64,000 nt of DNA from Geosiphon pyriformis uo1 (lineage: Eukaryota; Fungi; Glomeromycota), in the NCBI GenBank assembly GCA_016748015.1, contig JAAOMT010000057.1:390763-454762 (forward strand). The letters are read 5' to 3'. This document shows, piece by piece, positions 37,184 through 51,058 of this stretch (its first letter is position 1; every line of letters begins with the position of its first letter). A program made the position numbers and the translations under genes. The notes below the pieces were generated by a model, which saw only the letters and a list, made by a program, of their open reading frames with translations, was not told where the DNA came from and made no database searches.

Positions 37184-40100
37184 TACTTTTGACAACTATA
37201 TAAGTGATGAATCTCTTGCTGTAGAAAAGCATGTTTAAAATAATCAAGAATAAATAAAATAACAACTTTCATCTCAATCGTTTTCTTATTGCTAATTTTC
37301 CTTTTCTTACCTTTAAGTATCTGAACATCTTGGGATAAAAGATTACTTGTTGGTTAATTTTTACCCTTTTTCTGAAATGTATAAGTGTAGCATTTGAAGA
37401 TTATTGAATAAAATGTGACTGAAGAGCACATTTGATACTTAATATTGAATTCTAAGAGCACCAACATAAGGCATAAAATTATACCAAGTGTGATTATTTG
37501 TTGACAGTATGAACTATCCTTCTATATTCAGATTCCCTAGTTACCTTTTTGAAAAGAATAGCGACTGAGATATTTTATGAGACTGATCTTACACATTGAA
37601 TTCATACTTATTTAATTCACTCTTTGAAGTTAAATTTCTTTTGATTATTTCTATTACCCTACAATCTTGTTCTTCCTTGCTATCCATTAGCTTGTTACTC
37701 CAACCCGTAACAGTAATAACAACAAACACCAAATTGAAATATTAAAAAAAGAGTATTATAATGTGTTTTTTTATAGAACTATAAATATATATATATATAA
37801 TAACTTTAATATTAAAAAAAACAACAAACTATTTAACAATTTATTTAACAGTTTAATCTTTTATTTTAAATATCTTTTAGTTTTTAGTTTTAAAATAAAT
37901 ATTCAAAAAAATTTTTGATTAAAAAAAATATTAAAAAATATTAAAAACTAAATTATCATAATTTAAAATATTAAAAAACTTACTTGTGTTATTTATTAGC
38001 TAAATTTCTTGAAAAAATAATTTTTGATTAAGATTATTTATATTGTTATTAATTAATAAAGACTTTATTATAAAAATTAGGAAAAATATTAAAAATTATT
38101 AATATTCTATGTTTCTAAATTAGAGAAACACATTAAATAATTGCAAAAATAGTCTTAAAAAAAACTTTAAACAGCAAATAAATTTTAATTTAGCCTTTAC
38201 AAAAGAGTATATAAACATATATAACAATTAAAAATTAAGAAATAACTTATATTATAATATTAAGAGAAAGCTTTTAGTATAATAATAATAATATTATATA
38301 AATAAAATTAAAAAATTTACAAAAAATTAATTGTAATTAAAACAGAATACTAGCAATTAAAATAACCAAAAAAACTATTATAACAATATATTAACTTTAA
38401 TTTTGGTAGTAATAATAAAAATAATGGTTTAAATAAGTTTTTTTTTTAAGTCTTTAGTAAATATTTCAGTCTGCAAATTTTTTGCTTTAAATTTTTTTGT
38501 TATATCTAAAAAATCAGTTTAGAATAAACTAAAAGTTGTTTAAAATATTTTTTCTGGTATTAATAATTTTGGAGAGACTTTTACTCTCTTAAAATTTAAT
38601 AGAATTATTTAGATATTTTTTACTTTTAAAAAGATAATAATAATTATAACTAATTTGGCAAATTTAAAGAATATTATAATAAATACTAATCTTAAGTATT
38701 TAGTAAACAATTAAATAAATTAAACAGTGATTATTAAGAAAATTTTTGTAAAAACATCTTTTAAAATTGTGTGAATTGTATTTGCTAAGTTTGATGTAAT
38801 TAAATTAATTAAAATATAATTAGTAAAGTTGTAATAAAAAGTAATTATAGAATTGGATAATTAAAATTAAACTGATTTTTTGACATCTAAATAATTTATT
38901 TTTATCAGAAAATATACACTTTATATAGCAAAAGCTAATATTAACAAACAATTATAAAATTTCAAGAATAAGTTTAAAACTTTGCTTTATATACTTTTTG
39001 TAAAAATAAATGCTCATAATATTTGGAATTTTATTAGTTTAATTGGTAAAAAATCCTGTGTAATTAATTGTAATTTAGTTAACTATACTTATGCCAAATA
39101 TGTTATTATATATTTTAATTCAAAAAAAAATTTAATTAAAACACTAGTTATAATTTTTATTATAAGAAGTATTACTTTTTATTAGTTTTGTCTGTTTTTA
39201 ATTTTTTGCTTAATTTGTAATAAGCTTGGTTATATCTTTTTAGATATAGTTTAGTTAATACTGAATTGGTATTTAAAAGAAAAAAAAGCTTCTCTTTTGG
39301 CTTTAAACTAATTTAAATTAACTTAAATTTACATAAAAAAGTCTGCTTTTGTTATCTGCTTAATAGCTTTTAGAAATAAATCTTAAATATTTATTGCTAA
39401 CAGATCTTTTTTTAAAATGTTTTTTTTTAATCTGGTTTTTCAAGTAAAGTTAAATTTTTTTTAATAATAATAAGTAAAATAAAAGTACAATTTAACAGAA
39501 TTATATACAGTTTTATTAGTTTTACAAGATAAATTAGTGAGTTGGCTAAAAAATTGGACATATTTGTCAGTAATTTCTTAATTTAGCTCTAAATATTAGT
39601 TGCTAGTAATCTTTTTATTACAAAATCAGGTAAGTAATATAATACTAAGAAAAAGTTTAGATGTATTTACTAATAATATGACTGCAATAAAACTAAATCT
39701 TTTAATACTTTTAGATATAGTTAAACTAAAAACTTAATTAAAGAGTTTGTTTAACTTGGTTATAAATTTGTTAATAAAATTTAATAATTTGGTTTTAGTT
39801 TAAAATATGTTTTTTTCTTTAATATTTTAATAACCAATCTTATCTGAAAAATTACTATATGTAATATAAAAAAAATAAATAATTTTACTAAGCAAGAAAA
39901 TATTATTTATTGGTATAAAGAAACAAATAATTTGATTTCTATTGTTATTAAAACTAAATTAAAAGGCAAAATACATTTATAAATAATTAACAAACTTAAA
40001 AATATTCAAGTCTTTATATTTAGTTTGGACTTTAGTTATTTGGATTTTAATATTATAATTATTATAAACAATATACTAATCAGACATATGTGCAAAGTTT

Positions 40101-43100
40101 CTAAGATTGCTATTAGCTTTTGTTTGTTAAGTTATTTTTTAAAAATAAGCTTTTTGTTTTAGTTTTAGAACTGTATACTGGTATTGCTCTGATAATATGC
40201 TTAATTCAAGTTAAAGAAATCAACTTTTTAATTATAAAAACTATAAATAAATCTTTTTTTATAATCTTAGGTAGTAATTTTAATAAAAATAGTTCTTGTA
40301 AATATGGTAGTTTTAAAAAATGTCTTGATTTAGAACTGGTTAATTCTTTGGTAAAAAGCTTAATTGTTAAAGTTTTAACATAAAAAATTTTTAAAAATGC
40401 TAAAAAAACAATTAATTATGTATTCATTTCTTTAAATCTTGTTAATATAATAATAAATTATAAAGTTTTGAATGTTAATAATACTTTAATACTAATCATT
40501 AAGCTGTTTTCATTTTTGTAAATTTGAATAGTTTGCTAAATATACAATTAAGCTCTTTTTACAAACAAGCCAACAAAAATTGTTAAAAATTTAATTTTAA
40601 AAATACTAATAATGCCAAATAAAACCAGTTTAAAAATGCTATATTTGCTAATATTGCAATATATTCTGAAAAATTTGCTGTTTTTAAAAGATTTATAGAT
40701 TTAAATATAATATAAAATATTATTCGAAAAGTGATATGTTTTTTGGCTAATAAAATATTTAAAAAAAATAGGTCAAAGAGTTTAATAGTATTTTTATCAA
40801 AAAATCTTTAATGTTTTATAAGTTGGAAATTTTAGTGTCTAAAATTGTTAAGTTTTATAGATAAAGTCTAATAATAAGTTAGTTTTTTTAACAAGTTGCT
40901 AAATATTTTTAAACAGTAATAAGACTTTAAGTATTTAAATTTTAATAATGTAAAATCTGTTTTATCTAGTGTAAAGAAATTTTATTACATTTTTAAGCTT
41001 GTCAAGTTATTAAGAACTGAAAAATCAAATATTAAATTTGCTATTGCCAAATAAATAAATGGTTTTATTGTTAATAAAAATTATATAATCAGAAGTATTT
41101 TAAAGTATTCATTTTAAAAAATAGTTTAAATTACTTAGTTGTTAATAATAAGCTAGTTTTAAATTTTGGCAAAGTTAAGTTTAAGGTTGATATAATTATA
41201 AAAAATTAAATAAAAAAGAAATTAGTATTAGACAATATTTTTAATTTATGGTATTATTAGTATTTAGTTTATGTTAATAATAATGCTTTTTTTGGTATTA
41301 TAATTATTATTATATATGATAAAATATTATATGTAATCAAAAATTTGTCTGATAAAAAAACCACTGGTTTGTTTGATATTACTAATAAATTATAAAAGCA
41401 TTGTGGTAATTTTGTTTTGAAGATACTCTTAGATCTGTTAAATTTTTATTTAGTATATAAATTTGTCTTTTAATCTTAGAAAAAAATCTGAGTGTTTATG
41501 ATTTTTAAGTTGTATAAATAAAAAAAAGTTTTAATTAATACCAAATTTATTGTTTTAATTAAAACTGCTTGAAAAAAAATTTTCAAACTTTTTTTAAACA
41601 GAATTTTTTTAGTTTATAGCAAATTTAATATTCTTCATAAAACCATTTTTTCTGTTTTAAAAAACATTATTACTTAGTTACCAATTTTTACAATAGATTT
41701 GGTAATTAAGAATACTTTAAAAAAGAATTAAAAACTTTGGCTGGTTTTGTAAAATATGTAAAAAACATATAATTCTGTTAGCTAATATTATTTAAAAAAT
41801 AGTTTAATTTGTATAAAGATATATAAGCAGTTTATAAATTTTTTGGTAATATTTACAATAACAGATTATAAACTAATTAATAAATACTAGATATATAATA
41901 ATTTAAATTAGAATAAGATTTTTTCTTTACTGTTTTGAAAAATTTTTATGATTTTTTATTATGCAAAGTAAAAAAACATAAAAATTTGTGTAACTATTAT
42001 ATTAATATTAAATTAATTGTTTAAGTTAGTAAAATTAAAAGCCAAACTAAGTTAACTTTTTATTTAATAGCTAATGTTTTTGTTAATAATATTATTTAAA
42101 TGGAAAATAATCAGACTACTATATAATATATACTAAATATTACAAATAAGTTCTTTAAAATTAATAATATTTCAATTAATAATAAATAAATAATGGCTAT
42201 TTTTATCAATTAAAAAATTAAGAAAGATTTATTATTAATAAGTAATTTGTTAATTTTTATTATACAGAAAAGAAATTTTATAAGTATTTAAATATATTTT
42301 TGTTATTAAGAAGTTTGTTTAAATTCAGTTTAATAAAAGCTTATTTGAACATTAAATTTTTGCTAATATAGTTTTAAAAAAAGCTATTTTGAATAAACAG
42401 TTTTTTTATTTAGTTTTAGTTATGCTATAATTTATTGTTAATTATAGAATCTAGTTTAGTTTTGTTTTTAAAAGTATATACAACAAATAGAATATGTTAA
42501 TTAGGAAAGATTTAAAGATAAAAGCTAATCTGTCAAAAAATTTTCATAGTAAAGCTATCTATTATTTATTTTTGTATAACTTAAAAACTTTTAAACAAAT
42601 ACAAACAAAGAATAAAATAGTTATAGTAATGAATTTTTCAAATACTAATAGTATTCTTAATTATTTATTTAATTACAAATTATTAAATTTACAGATATTG
42701 AATTGGTCTTTTAAGTATTTACTATAGTTTTTTATAAAGTTAAAAGTCAGTTTAGTAAACAATTTTTTGGTTAATATAATAAAATTTTTTTTAAATTATA
42801 ATATTTTTTTGGTAAATATATTATTTTTTGTGTTTTATTTTATTTATAACATTTTAATATTATTTATTCTAAGTAATTTAGTCTTTTATAGAGTTTTTTG
42901 TTCTTTTAAAAAATTTGGTATTATTTTTATTGAACAACTTTATATTAAAAAAGTGTTAATTTTTTATTAGAAGTTTTTATTATTAGAAAAAACTTGATCT
43001 TAAAAATTTGGTTTCTGATTAATTTAAGTTGGCCTCTTATTGTTTAGTTGGTAATATCTTTTGTTGTATTAATTAGTTTTTAATTAATGTCTTTTAAATA

Positions 43101-45515
43101 TTTATAGTTTTAATAATTTTTCTATAGTTAAAAGATATCTTTTTAATGCTAATTTAAATGTTATTAATGTTTATACAAATAAATTTTTGAAAATTTGAAT
43201 ATGCTTAAAGTAAAATAGAATAGAACTGTATTTTTTGTTGATTTAAATTTAGTTGTAAATATTGAAATTAGTGGTTTGGTTTTGTTTATATTGGCAAAAT
43301 TGTAGATAATTACTTTAGTACTTAAATATATTTTTGTTTTTAGTGTTATTATAATATATTTAGATAGTTAAACTACTTTGAATATTTATTTAACTGAACT
43401 AAATATAGTTTTATTAAACTTTTATAACTATTATTAACTTAAGAAATATTATATTATGAATTTTGTTAAAGAATAAGAATTTTAATATTAATTTATCTAA
43501 GATTAAAGACTATTTGAGTGTTTTAGATAACAAGCAAACTGATAAACTAGCTGTTATTGTTTTTTATTTAGATTTGGTATTTTTTATTTATGTTTATAAA
43601 AATTTTCTTAAAGCTAATAGAGTGATAATATTTAAAAATATTTAATATTTTGTTTATAATATGTTTAGAATTATCTATTGTGCTCATTAAGAAATTAAAT
43701 TTGGTTTTAGTGTTGTAAATATAAATATTATTAAGATTATTAATTAAAATCAAATTATTTTAGTTTGATACTTTGACTTATATATGACTTTTAGTTTTAT
43801 AAATAAAATTTTTATTAATTTGTATTGTTATTTATTTATTATTATTCATAAATACTTATACAATAAAAAATATTCTAGTATTTTGTGTTTTTATTGTGAA
43901 AAAATAGAATTTTTTAATTATTTTTTTACATATAAAATAGATTTTGTTGTTTATAAGAAGTTAATTAGATTACATGTGACTTTATAAAGTTTTTTGTCAA
44001 GTTTAAGCTTATTATTATCTTATGTTTTACAGTTACTCTTTTAATATACATTTAATAATATGATTTATATTATTTTAAACAAAAATATTATGTTTAAAAA
44101 GTGGTATTTAAAAACTTTGTTTATTTTTGGTTGTGTCTAAATTGTTAAAAAAATTGTTAATTTTGTATATAACTTAAGAATAACTTATTGTAAAAAGATA
44201 TAGTTAATTAAATCTAAATAAAAAACAATTTTAAAAAAGAATAGTCTGGTTTTTTACAATAATTTTATGTTTTCAGTAATTTATAATTTTATGTTTTTTG
44301 ATAATATTATTAGATTGCTCAAAATTATAAAAAACATAATATTGGTTTTGATTTGTATAGATTTTGTGTTTTTTTTCTGGAATTAATTATAATGTTTCTG
44401 TTAAAATATATTTGTAATATTGTTCTGATTAGTCTAAATAATTAATCATATTGTTACAAATAAACTTAGTGGAGTAAGAAAATAATAATGTTTAGTGCTC
44501 TTAATTATCAATGATGTATCTTTCATGTAATTTTGTTGGCTTAGTCTTAATTATCAATTTTTGAAGGTCTTATTTACTGGTTGTGATTTTACTTATTAAG
44601 TTCTTTAGTTATAAGACACAGAGGTTTGGCTTTTGCTAATTGCAACTTTTTATAAATGTAAGCTATCTTTTTCAAATTAACAAGCATAGTTGTTAGGATC
44701 TGGCATTATTTTTTTGTCCTTTTGGTAAGCTAACAAGATAATGTTAATATTCAAAACTTAAAGGGAGCCTCTTTCTTTTATCAGACTCTCACAAAGTCTA
44801 TTTTTAGACAGTCAATTTTACTATGTTGCTGCTCCATAAAAGAATAAAGAAAAGAATAGAAAAGAAATAAAAAGAAAAGAAATAAAAAAAAGAAAAAAAG
44901 AAAAAAATTAGTATCGTCAATTGCCATGATCAAGAGCAATTGGTCCAAATTGTTAATAGTTTAAGGTGATTATGCTAAGAGCATCTGTCCTAAAACAAAA
45001 ATATGAAACAATGGTTAATTCATGTAAAGTCTACAAAGTTCGAGAACATGAATTCATGATTTTGATTTCTCAATAATTAATTTATTTTAGAAAATGAAGA
45101 TGAAATAGAATAAATGATGGAAGAGGTAAGAATATTTGATTTTTGTCTAGTGAGTTGTATCTAGGTGTTTTTTTTTTTTCTAACTTTTACAACTATTCAT
45201 TTTTATATATTTTTTTGGTTTTACAGGATTGCTTTTAATTGTTTTTATTATTACTAGCTATTGTTTTGCTATTTCTGTTATTGTTTTATTCTTCTATATT
45301 ATTTCTAGTTATTCTATGTTATAACATACTATCTGGTATTATTACATGTTATTATGTATTATTCTATGTTATAATGTGTTATTTTGTATTATCCTAAGTT
45401 ATAACATGTTGTCCAACGTTATTGTGCACTATTCTGTGTTATGTTACATTTTGGTCATGTTTTTTTCATAACTTTGGATCAGTTTTTCTACTTGGGTAAT
45501 ATTATCTCTCTCTTT

Positions 45516-46229
45516 TTAGAATTGAGTTTCTGTGAAATTGTATGTATCTGTTATTATGACTTTGTTTATATAGTGTTTGATAGTTGCATTGAGTATTGTT
45601 CTTTATAGGTTTTCAAACTGTTGATTGGTTATTTGTTCTATGTTATTAACTATTATAGTCTTTATAGATCTATACACCAGTATGTTTAGACAATGTTAAA
45701 AAGTGGCATATAATTGATATGCTGCTTTGTAATATAAAATCAGATTGCTTTTTTCTAAGAATTTTTCTACTTGTTGTATTGCTTCTTTGTTAAAAGTTTT
45801 CTGGTTAAGATCTCTATATAGTGTCTTCAAATCTAGTTGTTTACTAATTTTGTAGAATTAATATACTGAAAAAAGTCTTTTTTTCTATTCTTAAACATTA
45901 TTAGATGTCTATTTTTTTGTTTCAGAAAGTTTGGTCCCATGAGCTAAAGCTTTTTTAATTTCTTTGAGCTCGGAGACCACATATCTTTTATAAACTTCTT
46001 TTATTCTCAGTTCTACCCAAGAGGAATTTTTTTTCCAATTTCTCCTCTTGAGCATTGGGTAGAGATGTGACCATTTAGTTCTAGTTGAACTCTTGCTCTC
46101 TTCTTTCCTGCTTTTATTTTTATATTGTATCTTTTTTTTATCAATTGTTACTTTTATTTAAGCAGAAAATTGTTGAATTGCTTCAAATAGTTGTTTCGAG
46201 AGTTGTAGAATTTGATCTAACAGATTTAT
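45516..46229 (-). pseudogene. ORF3 of G
   Basis: KQLDLKTLY...AAYQLYATF..NILVY..IKTIIVNNIEQITNQQFENL aligns by eye with A/F/H ORF3. Confidence 0.7.
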
Positions 46230-46309
46230 ATTAAAAGTTTTATTATTTTTTGCTGCTTTTTGAATACTATATATATTTGAATTTCCTAATTTAATTTGCT
46301 GTACATTGT

Positions 46310-47677
46310 TTATGTTTCAATGATGATGATTGGTTTCAGATCTCGTGATATATCTTCTGGTCTGATTAATAAAATTTGTGTTTCTAGTTGAGATACTAAT
46401 GATGATAATTCTTATTTTGCATAATAAATTTTTAACCAATTTCCATGTGCTATTTTTTTTAGAATTCTGTCTTCCAATTGTAATTTGTAAGCTCCATTGC
46501 CTAAAACTTTATGTATGTGAAATAGATTGTTTCACTTTGGATTGAACTTTCCACTCTATTGTTTCTTAGTTTTTGTATAATATAACAATACTTGGTTTCC
46601 AATTTTGAATTTTATTGGTTGTTCAGGTAGATGTTTATCATGTTTTCTTTTTTGTTGTTCTTAAGTGTTACTAATATTGTTAGCTGCTGTTCTATGATTA
46701 TTTTCTAATATTTCACTGAGCTAGTATGTCTTATGGTGTAAGATCACTTTGAAATTCTCTTTGGTGATAGCTTCTGTTGAATATAACTGTATTTTTTTTT
46801 CAATAAGTAAAGTGGCTTTTCTTCTATAGACTAATTCAAATGGTGTAAACTAAGTTGTATCTTGTTTCAGTGTTTGGTATGTAAAAAGTACAGAAAGTAT
46901 GAATAAATCTTATTCTTGTTCATTTTCATGACTTATTTTTGCTAATGCTTTACACAATGTTTGGTTAAATTGTTCTACCAATCCATTCATTTGTGGGTGA
47001 TATAGTGATAATAAAGGATGTTTTATTCCAAATCATTGACTTAATTTGGTTAACATATTATTGACAAAATGCATTTTTTGATCAAATAGCAGTTCTTTCA
47101 AACATCCATGTCTGCAAATCAGATCTTGGTGTATAAACTCAGCTACTGTTTTAGCATCTGCTACTTGGATGGCTCTGGCTTCTGATTATTTTGTTAAATA
47201 GTCTACAGCTACAGCAATATAACAATTTTCTTTAGATATTATAGAAAGAAGACCAACCAAATTGATTCCAATTCTATTAAATAGATTTCCAACTGGAATG
47301 AGTCAAAGTGGTTCCATTGTTCTGGCTTCTCCTCTTTACTGGCATGAATCACAATTGAGCATATATTCAAAAATGTCTTTGTACATTATTGACCAATAAT
47401 ATAAATTTAGAATTTTTTCAAGGATAGTATTTTTGTTAAAGTGTTTTGCAGTTGGATCAAAATGCATACTGTGTAATATAGTTTTCTTTTCATTGTTTTT
47501 AATAACTTGTTGTAAGATAAGACAGTTTTGTCATTCTCATTAATATAGTTAGTTGTCTTAAATAAAATAATTTCAGGCTTGTTTTCATATAATACTTTGT
47601 TTCTGTTAAGATAATATCTTCTTAAAATATAATGTTAATAGGTACTAATGTAGTTGGTAGTAATTAGTTGTGTCTAT
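46310..47677 (-). pseudogene. Integrase of G
   Basis: HFDPTAKHF..CDSCQ; HPQMNGLVEQFN; KFNPK. Many stops. Confidence 0.85.
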
Positions 47678-49554
47678 GGGTCTGAGATTAGGTTTGTAGC
47701 AACCTTGATAAACCATCAGCATTGGTGTTTTTGGATTCTTTCTTGTAATGAATTTTGAATAGGAATTGTTGCAGATAAGTATTCTATCTTGCATATTTTC
47801 CCTCTAGTTATAAATTGTTAAGTAACCAAACAAGTTCTTTATGATTAATATATAGATTAAAGGGCAAATTAAGATAATGTTTCTATGTTTGTATGGCCCA
47901 ATAAATAACAAGACATTCCAGATCTGTTGTACTGTAATTTTTTTCTGCTGGGCTAGTACTGTGACTGGTATAGACAATTGGATGTTCTATATTGTCCAGT
48001 TCTATTTGTGATAAGACTGCTTTTAGAGCATTTTTTGAGGCATTTGTAGTGACAATAAACTGTTTAATGAAATCTGAGTAAATCAGAATTGGAGATGTGA
48101 TCAATCATTGCTTAAGATAATTGAATGCTTTCTGTTGGTCTTTTTTCTATAGATACTGTACATGTTTGAACAATAACTGGTAAAGTGGTTTTATAATAGT
48201 CAAGAATTCTTTGATGAATCATCAATAGTATTCTGCCAATTCTAAAAATTCTTATAATTCTTTGAGGTTGATTGGAGCTAGAAAATCTTTGACTTTTTGG
48301 ATCTTATCTGGATTAGGTTTGACTTTATTTTTTCTGATTACATGTTCTAGGAATTTCAATTCAGTTTTTTCAAAGAAGTATTTATTAGAATTGAGTTTCA
48401 ATCCAACACCATGAAGGCATTTGAAAACTTGCTGAAAATAGAGCAAGTAATTATCAAATGTTTCTAAGAAGACATTAGTGTCATCTAAGTATACTATAAC
48501 TGATTTCCACAAGATTTTTTTGTACATAACATTCATAAGACATTAGAAAATAATAGGAGCATTATAGAGTTCAAAGAGCATTACGTTGAACTTGAAGTTT
48601 CTATTTCAGATAGTAAATGCTGTTTTTTTTTTGTCTTTGGAGTCCATTTCAATCTGCTAATATTTACTGGCTAGATCTAATAATGATGTTACTGATGATT
48701 ATTTGGGGTCTCAAATCAAATAACAAATCTGTAACTTGGTGCTCAATAGATATAATAATGTTGGTAATTTCTGAAGGTGTGTTGTTCTGAAGGTTTTAGT
48801 TGAATCTTTTGTATAATGGACAGAGATTTAATGATAATAGTGTTATCCATAGCTTTCCAAAATCTTAGTTTTGTCAATTTCTTTTTTAGTGTAATGGCTA
48901 GTAATCCTTTTGATAAGCTATTCTTAATCAAGTGTTTTACCCTTATTTCTGGGTCTTTTACCAGTTACTTTATTCTGATGTTAGTACCTTTATCTGTAAA
49001 TTTTTTTTAATTAAGTTAACAAATAACAAAGAAATAAAACAAGAAAAAAAAATAAAAAAAATAAGAAACATAAGTCAAGGCAATTTGCACATTAGTATTT
49101 TGTCAATAGCCATGATCAAGAGCTATTGTTTTAGTGTGGTTAAGTATCAATTACTATCAACACTTCATGTTGATAGTAGAGAGTAGATTGAGATAGTGAA
49201 TAATTATTTATTGATATTTGTGAATGGAAAGTTGCTTAAATCAAATCTAAACTAAAAAGTCTGTCTTTTCTACTTCTAATACTACCACTATATATACATA
49301 ATTGAGATTCTTCAATTCCTTAATTCTTCACACCAGATATCCTGGAATTTTTGTAATCTTGCAATTCCTTTGAGAGGAATTCTGAAATTCTGAAATCCTG
49401 CAATTCCTTGTACAAGAATCTTGAAATTCCTGGAATCCTGCAATTCCTCTGAAAAGAATCCTGGAATTCCACATTTACTATGATTACTTCTGATTGGCTA
49501 ATTTATATGCTAATATACTTCTTATATTCTATGAGTAACATTATTTTTTTCTTT

Positions 49555-50997
49555 TTAATATTGAGCTTTGTTAAGATCTTCTAATTCTAATTCTCTATTT
49601 TTAAGTATTTCTTGAATTTTTTTTTCAAAAATTACTTATGTTATCTTGTTCTGTAATTCTTCAAATTGAGCATTGGTTATTTTTTCCATTTGGTTGATAG
49701 TAATGGAGTTTATTTCTGGATTGAGTAAAATTTCTGGTCAATCTTAAAATCTGGTGTATAGCCAATAAATGGTTTTTGTGTATATAGTCAAATTGTTTTT
49801 CCTTACAAATTGTTTCAATTGTTGTAGTATTGTTGCATCAAATAATCATTTTGTTTTATCTGTGTACAAGCCCTGAATGTTCAAGTGTTGTTCCAAATAA
49901 AAGTAACAAAAGTTTTTTGAAAATTGTTGTATTCACCAATTCCAAGTTTCTATAGTTAATTCTTGATATTGGGTGACCTTTGGTTGTGTTTCTATTGCCA
50001 ATTTCACTTTTGTGATTATTTTGTCCACAGTGTTTTCTGTTTTTCTCTGTATTTTCACTCATGGTCCTTTTCTGATGTTACTCATAAAAAGAAAACAGAT
50101 ATAGAAAAATAGTAAACCAATAGGAGAGTAGTAGTTAGCATGTAAACACATTGCTCAGCAATGTGGAGCAATATCAGAAATCATGGCACATTGCTTGAAA
50201 AATTATAGCACATTGCTCGAAAATGTGAGTGATCTTGTAGAACCCAAATTATGTATATATAGTGATAGCATTAGAAGTAGAAAAGACAGATCTCTCAGTT
50301 TAGATTTTATCTAAGTGATCTTTTAATTCACAAATATCAATAAATAATTATTCTCTATCTTAAATTTACTTTCATTATCAACACTCTATGTTGATAGTGA
50401 TTGATACTTAACCACACTGAAACAATAGCTCTTGATTATGGCTATTGATGGAATATTAACTTGCAATTGCTTTTGTTATTTCTTTATTTTCTTTTATTTT
50501 CTTTTATTTTCTTTTATTTTCTTTTATTTCTTTTGTTATTCTTTGATTTTTTTCTAAGTGATTAAAGATTAAATACTAAGATACAAACATCATAGAGACT
50601 GATAAAAGACCCGTAAAACAAGGGTAGAACACTCATAGATTTAAGGATAGCTTACCAGGAAAATTACCAACCACCACACCGAGAAAGAAATTTGATGAAA
50701 TTGTGATTCTGGGAGGCTACTGAAAACAACTATTAAATCTCTGTCTATTATATAAAGAACTTAACCAAAATTTTTAGATACTAAAACTTTCAGACAACTA
50801 TACCTTCAGAAATTAACAACGTCACTATATCCATTAAGCACCAAGTTATGGATTTATTATTTGCTTTGAGATTCCAAATAATCACTTATAACACTGGTGT
50901 TTGTGTATTTAATAATTTGTTGATTAATTGTAATTTCCATTTCCTGTTGTTGAATTAGTTGAAAGAGTTGTTGTGCTAGTAAGTGAATATTATCCAT
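49555..50997 (-). pseudogene. ORF3 of H (split by I at 50076-50893)
   Basis: ATG at 50997; PEILLNPEINSITINQMEKITNAQFEEL; ends KAQY*. Confidence 0.72.
50076..50893 (+). mobile_element. Solo LTR 'I' (F-type LTR)
   Basis: TG...CA; nearly colinear with the F LTRs; TSD CTGA 50072-75 / CTGG 50894-97. Confidence 0.93.
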
Positions 50998-51058
50998 AAT
51001 CTTCATTTTTTGCTGTCTTTTGTTACGTATATTGTGTCTTTATATACTTTTTGGTTGT

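Larger units (their letters stand above)
20311..37712 (+). mobile_element. Ty3/Gypsy-order LTR retrotransposon 'E' (second family, no dUTPase), interrupted by F
   Basis: Perfect TSD GTAA at 20307-10 and 37713-16; LTRs 20311-20975 and 36965-37712; PBS TGGTGCTTCCTGTGAG at 20982. Confidence 0.95.
20168..38385 (+). mobile_element. Solo LTR C' (parts 20168-20310 and 37713-38385), C family, split by E
   Basis: TGTTA...TAACA termini; colinear with C (e.g. TTAGAGAAACACATT, TTAGCCT). The TSD is imperfect (ATAG/ATAT). Confidence 0.75.
19631..44451 (+). mobile_element. LINE2: near full-length, extremely AT-decayed relative of LINE1 (parts 19631-20167 and 38386-44451)
   Basis: Colinear with LINE1: ORF1 resumes at 38386; APE start 'KITICNIK' at ~39850; RT 'NVFVNN' at ~42075; RNH ~43170-43550; CFYCEKIEFFNYFFTY zinc finger; stop at ~44417. 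The 3' UTR is cut by G. Confidence 0.8.

Noticed and set aside
37410-37435. Hammerhead ribozyme (CTGAAGA) in the E LTR
   Set aside because: The motif sits in a simple hairpin loop with no matching GAAA/stem topology, and reads CTGAAAA in the sister LTR.
40120-43987. Hydrophobic F/I/L/N/K-rich ORFs as membrane or organellar genes
   Set aside because: They are colinear with LINE1 ORF2; the composition comes from transition erosion.
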